Below are positions 41,087 to 54,700 of a stretch of DNA of 64,000 nt, piece by piece. The stretch lies in NCBI GenBank assembly GCA_037447605.1, contig CM074804.1, positions 744,001 through 808,000 on the forward strand, written 5' to 3'. Numbering within the stretch: position 1 is the first letter of the stretch; every line of letters begins with the position of its first letter. Below the pieces are notes generated by a model. The model was not told where the DNA came from. It made no database searches and saw only the letters and a list, made by a program, of their open reading frames with translations. The translations under genes and the position numbers were made by a program. Origin of the DNA: Zygnema circumcarinatum SAG 698-1b (lineage: Eukaryota > Plantae > Zygnematophyceae).

Positions 41087-44000
41087 TCAGCCATCACCCC
41101 TCTCCTCTGTCTCCACAGACAGGGAGGAAGAGGGAGGCACGACCCTTCTGGAAGAGTCCCCCCTTGTACGGCTGATTCCCAAACGAGGCAGACCCTTGTT
41201 CAGGCCGTCAAGGAGAACGCATGCCTTGCACCATTTCTGTCACACATCAACCAAGGTCACTATCATTGAAAGGGGAAAGGAAACTTGCGAGGGAGAGGGA
41301 GCGAGATGAACAAATCCAATGTTCCGTGGTGCTAGCTGTTGACCCGCTTACCTGGCTTGAAATATAGCCACAGCGTTCGCATGTGCCCTGCTCGGGCATC
41401 CTCGTAGTTGATGAAATCCGAAACTCTTCTGCAGACTGGATGATGTCGAGAATAGCTCGAGGCCTGCATGCAGAAACATTCCACATAGAAGTAGGGTTGA
41501 TCAGGGTTGTAAGACCCTGTTCAAGTAGGACTACGCTATGGCCTCCAAGGAGCCATGGCCAACCATAAACAGAACCAACCCATAGCTTATGACAAAAGCC
41601 TCAAATGCTCCTTTTGATCACTGCTTGAAAGAAAAAAACGAGGGGGAGACAAAGCAGGTCATGCTAGCTCCTGGAACCCAGCAGATCACCTGATAGCCTC
41701 CAGATCTTTTACGAATTCCCGAGAAAATCCACGATATGCAGCAGGGGAATAGAGGCCTGCAGGAGCAGCAGACTGAACAGTGAGGGCAAGAAGACATACT
41801 TACAAGCTGTGCCTATACCTAAACAACCTTAAAAACTTTATAAAAGATGGCAGGAAAATTGAAAGTGCGGCCCCTCCAGTTTGCAGCTCCTATGGTTCAT
41901 AATGAAGAAGCCATCTGAACCACGAATTGAGACTGCTTGTCTTAGCTCACCGTAACTTGCCATCTTCACTTATTCGCCAAATGAAGGGAGAAAAAGATGC
42001 AGGGAAAAAGGTTGGGCTCTCACATTCCGTACTGAAGTAGTCAAGCTTCTTGAAATAAGCATACGTGCTCTCTCCAAAGTTAAGGCCTCCTTCAAGGCTT
42101 GATAGCGGACTGCTTAGCAGACGTGCAACTGCTGCAGATGTATGCAATTTGCCGGCTCATAGTAGCGAAAGAAAGATTTCAGAAAGCCAATTGCTCAGAG
42201 AATGAAAAATCGGATAAAAATGAGTTGTTGTTAGTCAACAACAGCAGGCATCAAGTGACCTTTGGAGGATATATCACTATTTCCTTTTCGTAGGTGTACT
42301 TGAAAGGCTTGCAGCGTGGGAGAGCTCCCTCCTCCCCTGTCACGATGGCAGCGCAGCGACTCAACCTGCATTCAAAGCCGAAACCAAAACGTTACCCTCA
42401 CTATGACTCAAAAACCACGCCACACTCTTTGCAGTAGCTGCAATACAGGCCCTCCCAGGAAACTTAGCAGTCCACTTAAAGCCGCCCACAAAGTAAAATA
42501 GAAGTATATGGGAGGAGAGAGTCAGCCATGGTCCTTTGGATCTCAGCAAGCTCTTTCCTACCAGCAAGGAGGCAGCATGGTCCTCACCTTGCTACATCTC
42601 CTCTAAGAAGATTGAGCAGCACGGTCTCCGCCATATCATCCGCATTGTGGCCTGTAGCCATCTTATTGGCTTTCATTATGGCAGCACCTCTGTCTAAGGC
42701 CTGCCCCATAGACCTCCACAAGTCCTTTTAGGTCAAGAGGAAGGAGAGTCTGAGAGCCTAAGGCCCTTCTACTGCAGGGACTACAATAGCACATCATTCG
42801 TCACTCCGATTCAAGGCTGCCAAGCAGAAAAAACTGACAGAGAACATGGCCTACACTCAGTATCCGCTGGGAGTGGACTGCAACCTAAGGTGGATGTTAA
42901 TGATTGGAAAACGCGCCCATGCAGAACACAACAAGGCAGAGGGCATTTGCCTGCCTGCGAAAAACGCCGCAAAATGTGCAGTTGTTCTTGCGCCCAATCG
43001 CTCGCACAATGTCGTCCATGGTCCAGCCATAGAGCGTCTTGTAGGACAGCACCTTCAGGGGTATGCCATACTGTTTCCCACAATATCAACCGGGCAACAA
43101 ATCAGCACTTTATGGGGTCCCTTGATGAGGAGGACGAGATGATTTCAGCCCCCTACTTCAGAGCTAATAAAAAGGAAAAAATTGCAGCACCACCTGCTTT
43201 TGCTACTTGCGAGTAGGAATTCACCGCTATCAATCACTCGTAATTATTTTCTTGTATGAGCCAGTTTCTAGACTCACCTGCTTTTCATTTCTTTTCACAG
43301 TCTCCAAAGAGTCATCGCGATAACCGGAAATCCCTTCGTCTATGGAGAGCAGGAACAGGTCCAGGCCGTAATTATGGCGCTCATTCAGCAGCGTCATTAT
43401 GTGCGCAAGAACCGTCGAATCTGTTGAAATTCAAGCCCATATAAAAACCCAAACCAGCATTGACAAAACAACAGACAAACGCTTAGGAAAAACGCCAGGG
43501 CTACTATAGAATTCACAACCGATTGCATGGAGTCTATTAAACCAATTCGAATGAGCCCAACCTAAAGAAAAAAATGTTACAAAACTGCCACAGGCAGCAA
43601 TGCCGTTTAATCTCTTGCCACAATGAACGACACATTAGAAATAAATAGTTAAATAAAGCTCTTCAATTTGAAGATGCAAGAACATGAGAAAAGTGTAACA
43701 GGTAAAGACCACTCTGACAACATGGAGCGCTTGTCAACACAGCTGACCTTTCCCTCCCGAGGCGGCTATCGCCACTCTATCTCCGGGGCTGAACAGCTGA
43801 TTTGCTACGATGGTTGCATGAATCTCATCCTCAAATGCTTGGAAAAAGCACTCCTTGCAAATCTGCATTCAGATTCGAAAGCGTTACATTCTTTAGCTGG
43901 CACTCCCTACGGAATGATTTGAGTCGTTAGGAGGATTAAGCTTGTGCAAAAACCAGTGATCCTTGAAACATTTGTCCTTCAGGTTTTTGAAAGTGGGCCA

Positions 44001-44321
44001 TTTGGAATTCTCTTTCGATTGTTGACAAGGTTTTTTTATCTTTACCGCCTCCATGGTTTGCGCAATATAAGTCAAAAAGCTTGTTATTTGATGTTAGGTG
44101 GTTACTTCTTAGTCACTGAATGTATACTTGAGCCCCAAATTTTAAGCCTTTTTCCGTCTGTCAATCACCCTCGCCTCGATTCAAACAGCTCAGCATGCAG
44201 CAACAACCTCGGCAACGCTTTTCTGTCGCTAAAACGAAGAAAAACATAGTACCTGTTGCCCTGTCTTTGGACGTTTCAGCATCGCCCTCCTTTCATTGCA
44301 GACGGCACATTTCCGAACCAT
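41087..44321 (-). CDS. CTU1: Cytoplasmic tRNA 2-thiolation protein 1 (CTU1/ROL5/NCS6)
   Basis: ATG at 44321 gives [23 protein letters not shown]|ICKECFF; PP-loop AASGGK|DSTVL; [12 protein letters not shown]|ALDRGA; TGHNADD; [14 protein letters not shown]; [23 protein letters not shown]|[15 protein letters not shown]. Stop at 41087-41089. Confidence 0.96.
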
Positions 44322-44530
44322 GTCGGAGCAGCAGCAGGCCTCCCTTGTAAGGCCTCTACTGCGCAAAATCGTCAAAAATATTCTTCTGAAAAGGTTCAAA
44401 GGGCAAAAAGGGAAGAATCTGGAATTTCTTAAATGTGAATTATAAGGTATAAACCAGACCTCAGAGATGATGCCTGCTTTCAGCGCTTTAGAATGAGGCC
44501 ATTGCTGCACTCCTGTGCTTAATTTTAGGA

Positions 44531-44551
44531 TTAGGGTTATGATTAGGGTTT
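44531..44551. promoter_or_regulatory. Double telo-box in the CTU1/NUDT9 divergent promoter
   Basis: TTAGGGTT at 44531-44538 and TTAGGGTTT at 44543-44551, about 210 bp upstream of the CTU1 ATG. Confidence 0.55.
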
Positions 44552-44992
44552 GGGTGAAATCAGCGCCCAGTCCCACAAGGAACCGAGTTTAGTTGACAGA
44601 AAACCGTGACACAGATTCAAAAGACCCCCACGCAATCCGTTATTACATGATTTCGGCATGGAACGACAGATTCACGGATCTGTTAGATTTCTACTATATA
44701 CGCAGTTAGATCTTGATGCTATGTACAGTTCAGAAGACTGTAAAATGAAGACTTTTTTTAACAGGTACTTGAACGGGAACAGAAGAGCAGACGCTCATGC
44801 ATAGAACCTCTCAATTGATTCATTCCTGCAAGCATCCGCCCTGGCTTCCAGATCTGCTCGCCAATGCAGACTCATGTCACCTCGAACTCTTGTTTCTGGC
44901 GTATATACAATAAATAATAATATAATATTATAATATCCTATCCTTTATTATATACTATAAATATATTTTTTATTTAGTTTCTGTTTGATACC

Positions 44993-47900
44993 ATGTCGAG
45001 CAATGATGTGTCCGGACCAGACGCGCAATACGACATCTTGCTGGCTGTTCCAAAAGGGATTCCAAGAGGCAAAGTAGGCACCTACTTCAGCGTGCAACTC
45101 TAACGAAAGAATGAAGGCAGAGTTGCAGGCTGCTTGCAGAAATGCTGCTATGGCGGACGAACTAAACATTGATCGAAAACTTACTAAATATTGACCCACT
45201 GATGCACACACATGCGCATACTGGATCATCGCTGCATCATCTTTGTCATCGTCTGTGCACTAATCCACATTAAGCAGTTCAATCGCAAGGCTGATCTGTC
45301 TGAGCAAGATTTTTGCAATCATGCATAGCTTCGTAAAATCCTGAATGAGAATAATTTTCAGAGCAGGAAGAAGAGAAAATGCTTGGAGAAGTGAAAGCAC
45401 ATGCAAGAGAGCATTGGATGTTCTTAAAAGTATTTTGCAGGGAAATAATAGTATATTTTTAGCTGCTGGAAAAGAATTTGGAGTTTGTAAAAATTCTCAA
45501 TGTGACAGAAATCTCTGCAAGAAATGTGAATATGTAGGGACAGGATCAGGCTGCGTTCCATGTAGAGCAAGAGAGTTCTCACTGAATGAGTCATCCTTCC
45601 GAGTCACATTCACAAAAATTAAGCAAACAAATCACTACAAACAAGAATTTGTAGTCACTTTCAAAGAACTTCCCGGGCTTTGGAAAAGCGACTATGCGAA
45701 AATAGTGATTTGTCGGTGTCCGCTTTTATTTTAGAGGAGGCATGCAATGATACAGAAGCAGTACGTGTGCATAGAAAACATAGACAATGAACGGATGTTG
45801 AACTTGACTTGTACTTCTGCATTCCTCATTCGCTTACTTTCCAAACTTACTTTTTTTGCTTTATTTTTCTAAATATGCTGTCGTTGTTGTCTATGGATTG
45901 CGAGGGCGATGCCAGCTCGTAGTGGATTATGCCTCCAAGTACAACCGGATTCCTCATCCAGACGTAGACCTCGAGGCCTCCATCAGTAAGGTTGGTCCTC
46001 GTCCTGGAGCTGCTATCGGGGCAAAGTTTCTTGTTTCCTTGTTGGTTTGCTTGGGAATGTCGTTACTGGTTTCGTTTTGCTGTCAGGCTTGAAAAAATCT
46101 ACGATGACATTTGCGTGATCTGCATGAAATGTTGGGCCGTGTTCATGGGTAGCTCTCGTCACTTCTGCCTTATACCTTCTTTCTTGAAAAATTTGGACAA
46201 TATCCTCTCTTTCTCACAATCTCCATTGCACGTGGAGCAGACTTGGGAGTCTCGTGTGGCTGCTCAGCCGTCACTCTACAATGGCACCAAGTTCAGAGTA
46301 CGCTCTTCAAGGCTTTTCGCTGCTAGTAATCTCTCGTTTTTTTTGTTGTAAAATTGGTCATCCAGGTCTCTAATTACCGAGAGATCCATTGTAAATTCCA
46401 TGCTATTCTAGTTCTTGCCTCATTCAAGAACGTAAAAGTCGTAGCATTCCTATTTCTGTAACGACATCGGAATACTACATTCAGCCATAGTTGACAATGC
46501 ATCGAGCTCATTTTCACTATAGAGAATTTATTCTGGTGCAGTTGGGAGGTATTGACATCTTGGACGATGACGATGCCACAGATGGAACTTCACCCTTCCG
46601 TGTGTGCCTGCAGCTGGCTCTAACTGACTACAGGTACGTTACAGGGAGAGCTGAATCCCATGTTCTATTCTCAAGCAACTTCCCCCACGCAGCCACAATT
46701 GCTTACCTTCAGAGCGACCTCTCCAATCTGTAAACTTGACGTATGGACATTTTATTGTGGCTTGGTATCTCAGAACTTTCATTGGCACAAACCTCAATCC
46801 CAAGTGGGAGAATTTTCTTGTGGAGGGTTCGTCGTCGATGGCAGGATGCTGCCACGTGGCAAATCCGCTGGGAAATGCGGCGGTTGTTGAAACAGCTGAT
46901 GGTCTCATCATCACTCTCCAGAGAGGATCTTCCGTGGGGGAGGCTCCTGGCTGCTCTGTTTTTCCTGGCGGACATTCCGAGGTCATGGTTTTACCGCCTG
47001 AACTTTTTCTCTGTCTCTCTCACACTCTCTCAGATGGCTTACTAAGTGGAGGAGGGATCCTATCCCCATAATGACAGTCAAGTGAAGTTGCTTGCTGATT
47101 CTGTGCCGATGTTGGATTTTTCTTAAGCGAAGCTCAGGAAGAGTCTGCAGCCATCCCAGCTCCCTTCCTCTCCAGTGTTTGAATTTAGTTTGCAGATGAA
47201 CAGGGAAATGCTTTTAATTTTCCCATGGTTTTCACTTTTGCCTGACGTAACATCTTGCTTCGATTGTCCACTGTCACAGAGCAGCCGACAGAGGTGGGAA
47301 TAATCGGAAATGAAGCCCCGGAAAGCACAGAGGCGGACCTAAATCGTCGTATTGCTGATGAGATGTGCGATGGCATTGTTCGTGAAGTAGTGGAAGAGAC
47401 GGGTGTTCCAGCTGAATCCTTGGTAAGTTTTCTCCTCTCATCAAAGTACTTTATCACCCTAAGCCGTGTCCTGATCATATGGAGTCCTCATATAGCACCA
47501 CATCCATGGAGGATCAGTCAATACCAGGGAGCAGGAGGGTTGTAAACAAAACCAAAGTAGCCTGAAGGTAATGCGCTAACATTATAGTCTATTCTCTCAA
47601 CCCCTACGTGATGTGACTTAGTTAAGTACAAAGCGGCATGATGCGTTTAAAGAACGCCTCATCCATGACCAATCAGATTACACCAGGAAATGTCTTCTCG
47701 TAACTGCAACCTTAATTTTGAGGGTCACCTGATTGCTGTTGTGGCAAAACAGACAGATCTTTCCTTCATTGGAGTGGTGCAGCGCTGCACAAATATCCGT
47801 CCTGTGGCTGCTTTTAGAATGAAATGCTCCTTGGCATCGGAGGAGGTCCTACAGCACTACAAGGGGGCGGCTCACGCCTTTGAATCCACGCGCCTGCGCT

Positions 47901-47995
47901 GCGTCCCCCTCCAGGAACTGCCCGAGCTCACTCTGGCTATGCCGGGCTGCCACAAGGGAGTGGCTGCTCTCTATGAGCTTGCGCTGCTTTCTTGA
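44993..47995 (+). CDS. NUDT9: Nudix hydrolase, plant NUDT9 / NUDT22-like
   Basis: MSSNDVSGPDAQYDILLAVPKGIPRGK|LVVDYASKYNRIPHPDVDLEASISK|TWESRVAAQPSLYNGTKFR|..LALTDYR|TFIGTNLNPKWENF..NPLGNAAVVET..FPGGHSE|PTEVG..IVREVVEETGVP (Nudix box) ..AFES..MPGCHKG. Stop at 47993-47995. Confidence 0.9.
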
Positions 47996-48793
47996 TCGGC
48001 AAAATGGATGATACAATCCAGTGTTCAAAATCAAAGAAATGATGGTCAATTTTCGAAGAGTTAGGATGAAAGCAGAGATAGGTTTGAGTTATTTTATGCG
48101 TGCCTCCTTTCATGGCTCCGCTTCTGTTAAGTTTGACACACACGCGCGGAGCAATAATTGTTCCCTTAAAATGAGTTATAATGAGAGCTCGAATGGTACC
48201 GGGATGGCTTTATGATGGCGTGCATTTGGGGTTTCTTTGAAGAGGTTGCTTGGCATATTTTTACGCCATGCACAAGTTTGAATTTTATGACTAAAAAATT
48301 TCACTTTCCCTCCCCGCTCATCTCCCCTCCCCCTCTTGTCTCAGCATCTTCATTTTTGTTGTGTTAGCTAGCTTGGACCAATCAAGCATAGTACGTGCGA
48401 ATCTCCCTGACAACGTCATCTTTATTGACGCGGTTACTTGACGAAAATTCATCCTCTTGTATGGCAGGGGCCATGTTTAAGTTTACCAGACTAGAAGTTT
48501 TTCTACGGTGCGAGTTGTCAATGAATTTCCAGCCACTATTTGAGTGCAGACGGGTGGAGATACATTGCGACTTTTCATGCTTTCCAGCGAAAAAACCTCC
48601 AGCCATTCTTTGCATTGTCATACTACTTTATACAACTTTGTCCTAAAACGGAGTAGGCACACCCTACACGAGAGCTAATAAGGAACGTAATAGCCACCAG
48701 CACACCCCTCTGCTTGCACTAGCGTAGACCTTAGCTTACTGCCTTTCTAATGTCGTAAACCTCAAAAAACCCTCACTTCATTACCCCATCCCT

Positions 48794-51700
48794 TCACTTC
48801 CACGGATCTCCCTCTGCTCGAATCTCGGAAGCCTCCACGACCTCATTGGGGCCCTCGCTCTTCTCCTCCGGCTGGCTCTTCTCCTCCGGCTGGCTCGTGA
48901 CGGCGCGAGCCATCATCTGGTACACGCGGCTTCCAAAGTCTCCGGGATTCTCCAACTACAAAGTCAGGGCAAGAAAAGGAGTAAATTTAGGGGCAGTCGG
49001 CCTACAAAAAGTTTCATACTTACGACATACGACGTCAGTAACGAACTGGCACAAAATGTGTAGCGAAAGCAGAATCAAAAGTACTGCTTTCATAACACTT
49101 CTTCCTTTGAGATATGCTAAGTCTGACACCTCTGCATAAGGGGATTAGAGTTAGAAAATGTTTCTAACAATCGGAATTCGAAATCAGTACACACAGTACA
49201 TCAGTGCTCCTACAAATCAAAATACTCCAAGGTGTCTTCACGTGCTGTTGGTCGCTTTGTGTTCCCGTTCTTTAGCGGATCCAGATCATTACTTAAACAG
49301 TGCCCTTGATGCCTGCGCCTATCGGAGCCAGCCACTTCTCAAGATTTTAGGTGGAAGAGACGTACTGTGAATCCGGACGTGAGATGTGCCGTCTCGTACA
49401 AGAGATGCGCCAACTCCTTGGCTTGCTCACTCTCAGGGGAGTTTCTGCTCTGGACCTGTGGCAGCAGGGCACAGGCACAGCCAGATAGAATGTGAGAAGA
49501 AGGAAGAACAAAACAAGCGAGAGCATTTGGTGTCCCACTCTAGTCCTTTCCACACAAACACGTAGTTCAAAAAATAAGCAGTTTGGAAGAAAGAGCATGA
49601 TAATTAATAAGAGCTGCAAAGCAAGAGAGAAGGAAGTGAGGATGAAGGGAGCTGTAGTAGGGAGGGCAGAGATGATGAAGGGAGTTACAGAGTGGGAGAC
49701 CCACTCTTTAACCCACTCTGTAACTCCCTTCATCCTCGGCCTTCCCTCCCACCCTGTAGGAAGGGAGGCAAAGAGGATGTACATTCAAGTCCTTAATTAT
49801 AGGATGGTTCGGATTTATCTCCAAAACGCGCTGAGACCGCATGTATTCGATCTCCTGCAGGCCCACCATCTGCATCCGCATCAACCTGCAGAGGTGAAAG
49901 CCACAGCCCAACTCCAAGAGGTCCTTTAGAGTGCCGTTACATACGTGAAAACCATCACCATGTCAATTACGGCTATTTCACATCTCCCCTCCCTCCTATG
50001 CCATATCCCTCTCCTTACATGGCCTATTAATGCCTACACTGGAGGCAATAACTAGTTCATTAAGCTGCAAACTCTTGTGCATGTTTTCAGATCTTCCTCT
50101 GTTCTCAACAGTGAACCCAGAGGAGGGAGAAGAAGCTGGCTTACTTCTCTTTGTTGGCGGAGTATCCAAACTTGCCAGCCACCATCACGCAGGGCGAGGA
50201 TTCAAGCCTTCTGGACACTTGCACCTTCGACACTTTGTCTCCAAGCTGCTGCTTCATCCAGTCGCACAGCTTCTGGAAATCCTTCTCAACTTCCTTCTGC
50301 TCTGCCTCATTGGTTTCTTCACCTGAATGACATTTCCTTAAGAGTCAGATACTCTTTTAAGTTTAACCGATCCTTAAAATAGTAGTCTGCAAAAGCGAAT
50401 ATGTTTTTAACCCGCTGGTTTTTCGACTGCATTACTCTTTCCACGTCCCTGACAGAGCTCCCCCTCCCACCACAGAGCAAGTCCAGAGCTGCAATAATTG
50501 GACTTACCAATATCAAGATCGTCCTTGCTCACATCTGCAAATTTCTTATCGTTGAAAGAGCCGAGTGCTTGCAGCGCGGGCTCATCTAAAGTCTCCAAAA
50601 GGAACAGCACCTGCATGCAGCACAACCGCTTCACTGTCATCTTCCATGACAAAAACACCTACGTCTGAAAGGCAAACGACTACACGAAAGTGTTTCCTCT
50701 CTCTTCCCCTTCTCTTCTTCTCCTCCCATTTTGGTCGGCCAATGATTAGTTCTAAAGACCGCCCTCATATAAAAGTAGGTCGGTATCTGGAATGCTGATA
50801 TTCTTTACCCTTACTCTCGTCTCTCTTCTTCGTCTGCACATTGCTTTATAAACGTATTGTTCTCGACTTTACCGCTCAAGTAGTCAAAAGGCCTATTCCA
50901 TCCATTACAGCCAATGAATGCCTAATTGCCCTCACCTCTAATCCCTTCTTTTCCAACTTCTCTAAGAAGGGCGCGGTCTTTGCACTTCCAATATTCTCTG
51001 CTGCAAGATAATAAATCTCCTTCTGCCCCTCCTGCATTCTGTCCACATAGGCCTGAAGAGAAGTGAGCTCGTCACTCTTGCTCGAGTAAAATCTCAGGAG
51101 AGGAGCCAGCCGCTTATGGTTAGCAGAGTCCTCGAAACAGCCCAACTTCAAGTTCTTGGAGAAATTTTCCCAGAATACTTTGTAATCCTGCAATCAGCCC
51201 ACAAGTGAAGAATCACCACTCGTTAAGACTCACAGATAAGAAGTTGACTTGGAATGATCGACTCAAAGAAAGGACTGAATTATCTCTTCACCCGGGCCTT
51301 ACCTCAGAATCTTCCTTGTTTGCAATCTCGCTAATCATATCCAGAGTCTTCCTCACCAACCGCTTTCTCATAATGCGAATCTGCATCGCCATGAATACAA
51401 CAATATTCAAATGAACAACGAAGATAATCATCTCAACGTTGAAGAAACGACACCATGTAAGACATGGAACTGTGGCATGTTTACATCTTAAAAATTAAAT
51501 GAACCATGCACAGAATCAGGTAGTGCCAGCAAGGCTCGCCCATGAGACCTACTTCCTGCAAAAGGAATGAGTAGATGGAATCACGACACTGTTAGCTTCA
51601 AATGGCCCGTAAATTCTTTTACTGCCAACACTTCCTATGAAGAAAAAGTGTCCTCCTGCAAGTGTATGGCATAATTTGCTCTAGAAATGCAAGGCTTCTC

Positions 51701-54700
51701 TTCCAGTTAATTGAATAGATTGAAAATGATTTTCTAGGACTTTGCTGCAACCTGATGCTCCCACGTTTTTGCGATGCTGACACGAGAGAGCCATGGGGTC
51801 GAAGGGGTTCTTGTCAAGTTCCTAATCAATTTGGTTACACGACGGGAGAAAGAAAAACGAGGATCTGAAATTCGGCACTCACAATACGTGATTCCTGCAA
51901 AATCTCTCGAGACACATTAAGGGGCAGGTCGTTGGAGTCTACAACTCCCTTGATGAAGCTCAGGTACCGTGGGAACTGTACCATCCCGACAAAAAATCCG
52001 TAAGTATGAATTGGAAACGAATTCAAGTCCACAGAGAGCACACAATCAAACGTTTCTAAACCAGAAAACATTTCACCCCAGACTTATATCAAGGAATTCC
52101 GGTAAAAGCATACCCTCAAACATATCTGCGAAACTGCCGAAGGAAGCACACTCATCTGGGATCATTTTGGCATTTTGGCGAAAAACTGAAACGCACATCA
52201 ACTGTTTTGTGTAATGGAAACAAGGAACGAAAACGTACAAGTTCACCATTGAACTCGTCAGAGATAAACACCCTCTTGACGTAGAGGCGGATGTTTTTCG
52301 GCACTTCCTGCATGTCTGCGTTGAAGGGCATCATGCTGGGCACATACAATAAACTCCGGAACTCGATTTCACCCTGCAAGTGCAGCAGCTCCAATGAAGT
52401 CAAGAAACTGATATTCGATTCTCCTCTATCCGCATCTCTCAAGCTGGAGTTACATCTCCAATGAAGACAATAAAAATGATATTCAATGCTCATCTATCCG
52501 CGTCTCTCAAGCTGGAGTTACATCTCATTTCAACACACTAATTATCTTGGTTGAGAATCGAACACGACCATACTCCAATTCCTACGAGCTTGCCCAGCAG
52601 AGGAATAACGAGATTTTATATTATCTATTGTAAGGGTTTCAAACATTGACCGCCATTTCACAAAGAATTCACTACATCCTTTCAAATATTTCTCACGGCA
52701 AAACTGGCCATTGTCCTCATCGTATTCATAAAGAGCATCATGATCTTAAAATGGCCCTCTGAGGCTACTGATATTTCCATAACTTCAAGACAAGGCCTCC
52801 ACTCACCTCAGTGGTGAAGTGTGAGTATGCCAAGGGCTCCAAAAATTCCTTGAAAGTGGTCTTGTAAAATTCATCATACTCTGCCTTCTCCACCTCTTTC
52901 GGAGGCCTCACCTGCAAAGTAACATTTACAGCTGATGAGCTTGAAATAATCGGCATTCCCTCAAGTGAGGGACCCATTCCATTCAGCTGCAGTCGCTCAC
53001 TAGTCGGCACAAAAAGAGGGACACAAACCATTAAGAGGGCTTTCTCTAGCTCAAATCAACTATTCAGGAGTAAAAAGGGCTAGTTTGGCTCACCCAAAGA
53101 GGCTTGGTTTCATTAGCCAATTCCCAATCCTCGTACTTTTCGGAAACCGTCTTCTTCTGCTTGACACGACAATACCGGCACAGTATGCATCATTTTAGAG
53201 AAAATGTCATAAGCAGACAGATCGGGTAACAGCTCAAGCCATCGCCATGGCAACTCTTTTGAATACATGCAGAAAGTTTTTAGGTGATTTCTTTTAGAAA
53301 AAGTGCAGTGTTCTGCAGGAGAGGACTCCGACCCCTAAGATCATTTTGAAGGTTTTTCTTCACACATCATACAACCTGTAGTTCTGTTCTTTCGAACTCT
53401 ACAAAAAACAAAAAAACATCCTATTCGCTCTCTTCCTCACCTTCGTCACTGGCTCTTCCCCTTCCTTTCCGGGTTCTTCCTCTTCGACCTGCACACCAAC
53501 CGATATTGACCGCTAAGATTTGACTTTCTTGGGTAAAAAGCACGAAGCACAGACGCATATATAATACATACATTTCCCAAAATCCCGCTCCTTAAGCGGC
53601 CGGCCAGACTAATTTATTTTCCATTTTCGGTTCAGCTAGTTTCACATGTCACAAGGACCTGCAGGGACGTCCCCCTTAAGAAAAGCACTAAGGAATGGTA
53701 GTCAATAAGCTGTGCCCTGCCTACCTCCTTGGTGCGCGTGAGCTCCTTCCAAGTGTAGATGGGAAAAGAAATGAACTGTGAGTAGTTCTTCACCAAGCCT
53801 TCCAAACGATTCACATCCGTGTATTCGAATTTATCATCTTCCTGTGGAGTTTCCAAAACATCCGCTGATCAACTTCTAATGAACTATCCGTAGCTGTCTT
53901 GAAGTGAAGCACGCATACAATGATACATGCAAAACGCAAAGCTGACTTTGGGAAACTAAAGGGTAAAATCTGCACTTTAATTCCCGCATCAATTCATGCT
54001 TCCTCACCTTCAGATGCAATGTGATGGCTGTACCCCTTGGAAGCTGGGAATCCGGGTTAGTATCTTCAGTTATGATATAACTACTCTGCTCCGCTTCCGC
54101 CTCCCAAATCCATTGTTTGTCGGCCCGGACACTCCTTGTTCGAACTGTGATCTGCATGTGCACACAGAACCGTAGGAAAGGACTGGCTTTCAATAACCCT
54201 GAACCCGCCATACCTGATTCCTCCCCCTCTTCCTATCTGGCTCTGTGTAGGAATACGATTAACCTTTATCTTCAAGAAACTCAAAAAATGAAGTTCCTCA
54301 CCTTGTCAGCGACCAAAAAGGCCGAATAGAAGCCGACCCCAAATTGGCCAATAAGATTGCTGTCAGCCACAGCTCCCTGCTCTTTCTTATCCTGCCACAG
54401 TCAGAGCATAAAATCAGTCAGGAGAAAGCTAAACGAAGACAATTGATGCTTGCACGAACTAATTTCAACTGAATAACGCATGTGTGAAGCCTCCGCAATG
54501 TCAACGTAACATGAGAAGTTCCTCGATATGCACGACTTTGAGGCCACGACAAACGCCTCCTACCAATGATCTGTAGGGCAAATTAAAGAAATGACCCTCG
54601 CTCTCTCCCCAGCAACTCGTGTCCTATCTTTCATCTTCCTTTGCCTAACCTTCAATGCTTGAACAAACTTGGCTGTTCCACTCTGCGCGATCGTTCCGAG

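Noticed and set aside
52389-52526. Repeat-spacer-repeat pattern resembling a mini CRISPR or a snoRNA pair
   Set aside because: The apparent spacers are homologous too, so it is a two-copy tandem duplication in an intron; no cas genes and no clear C/D boxes.
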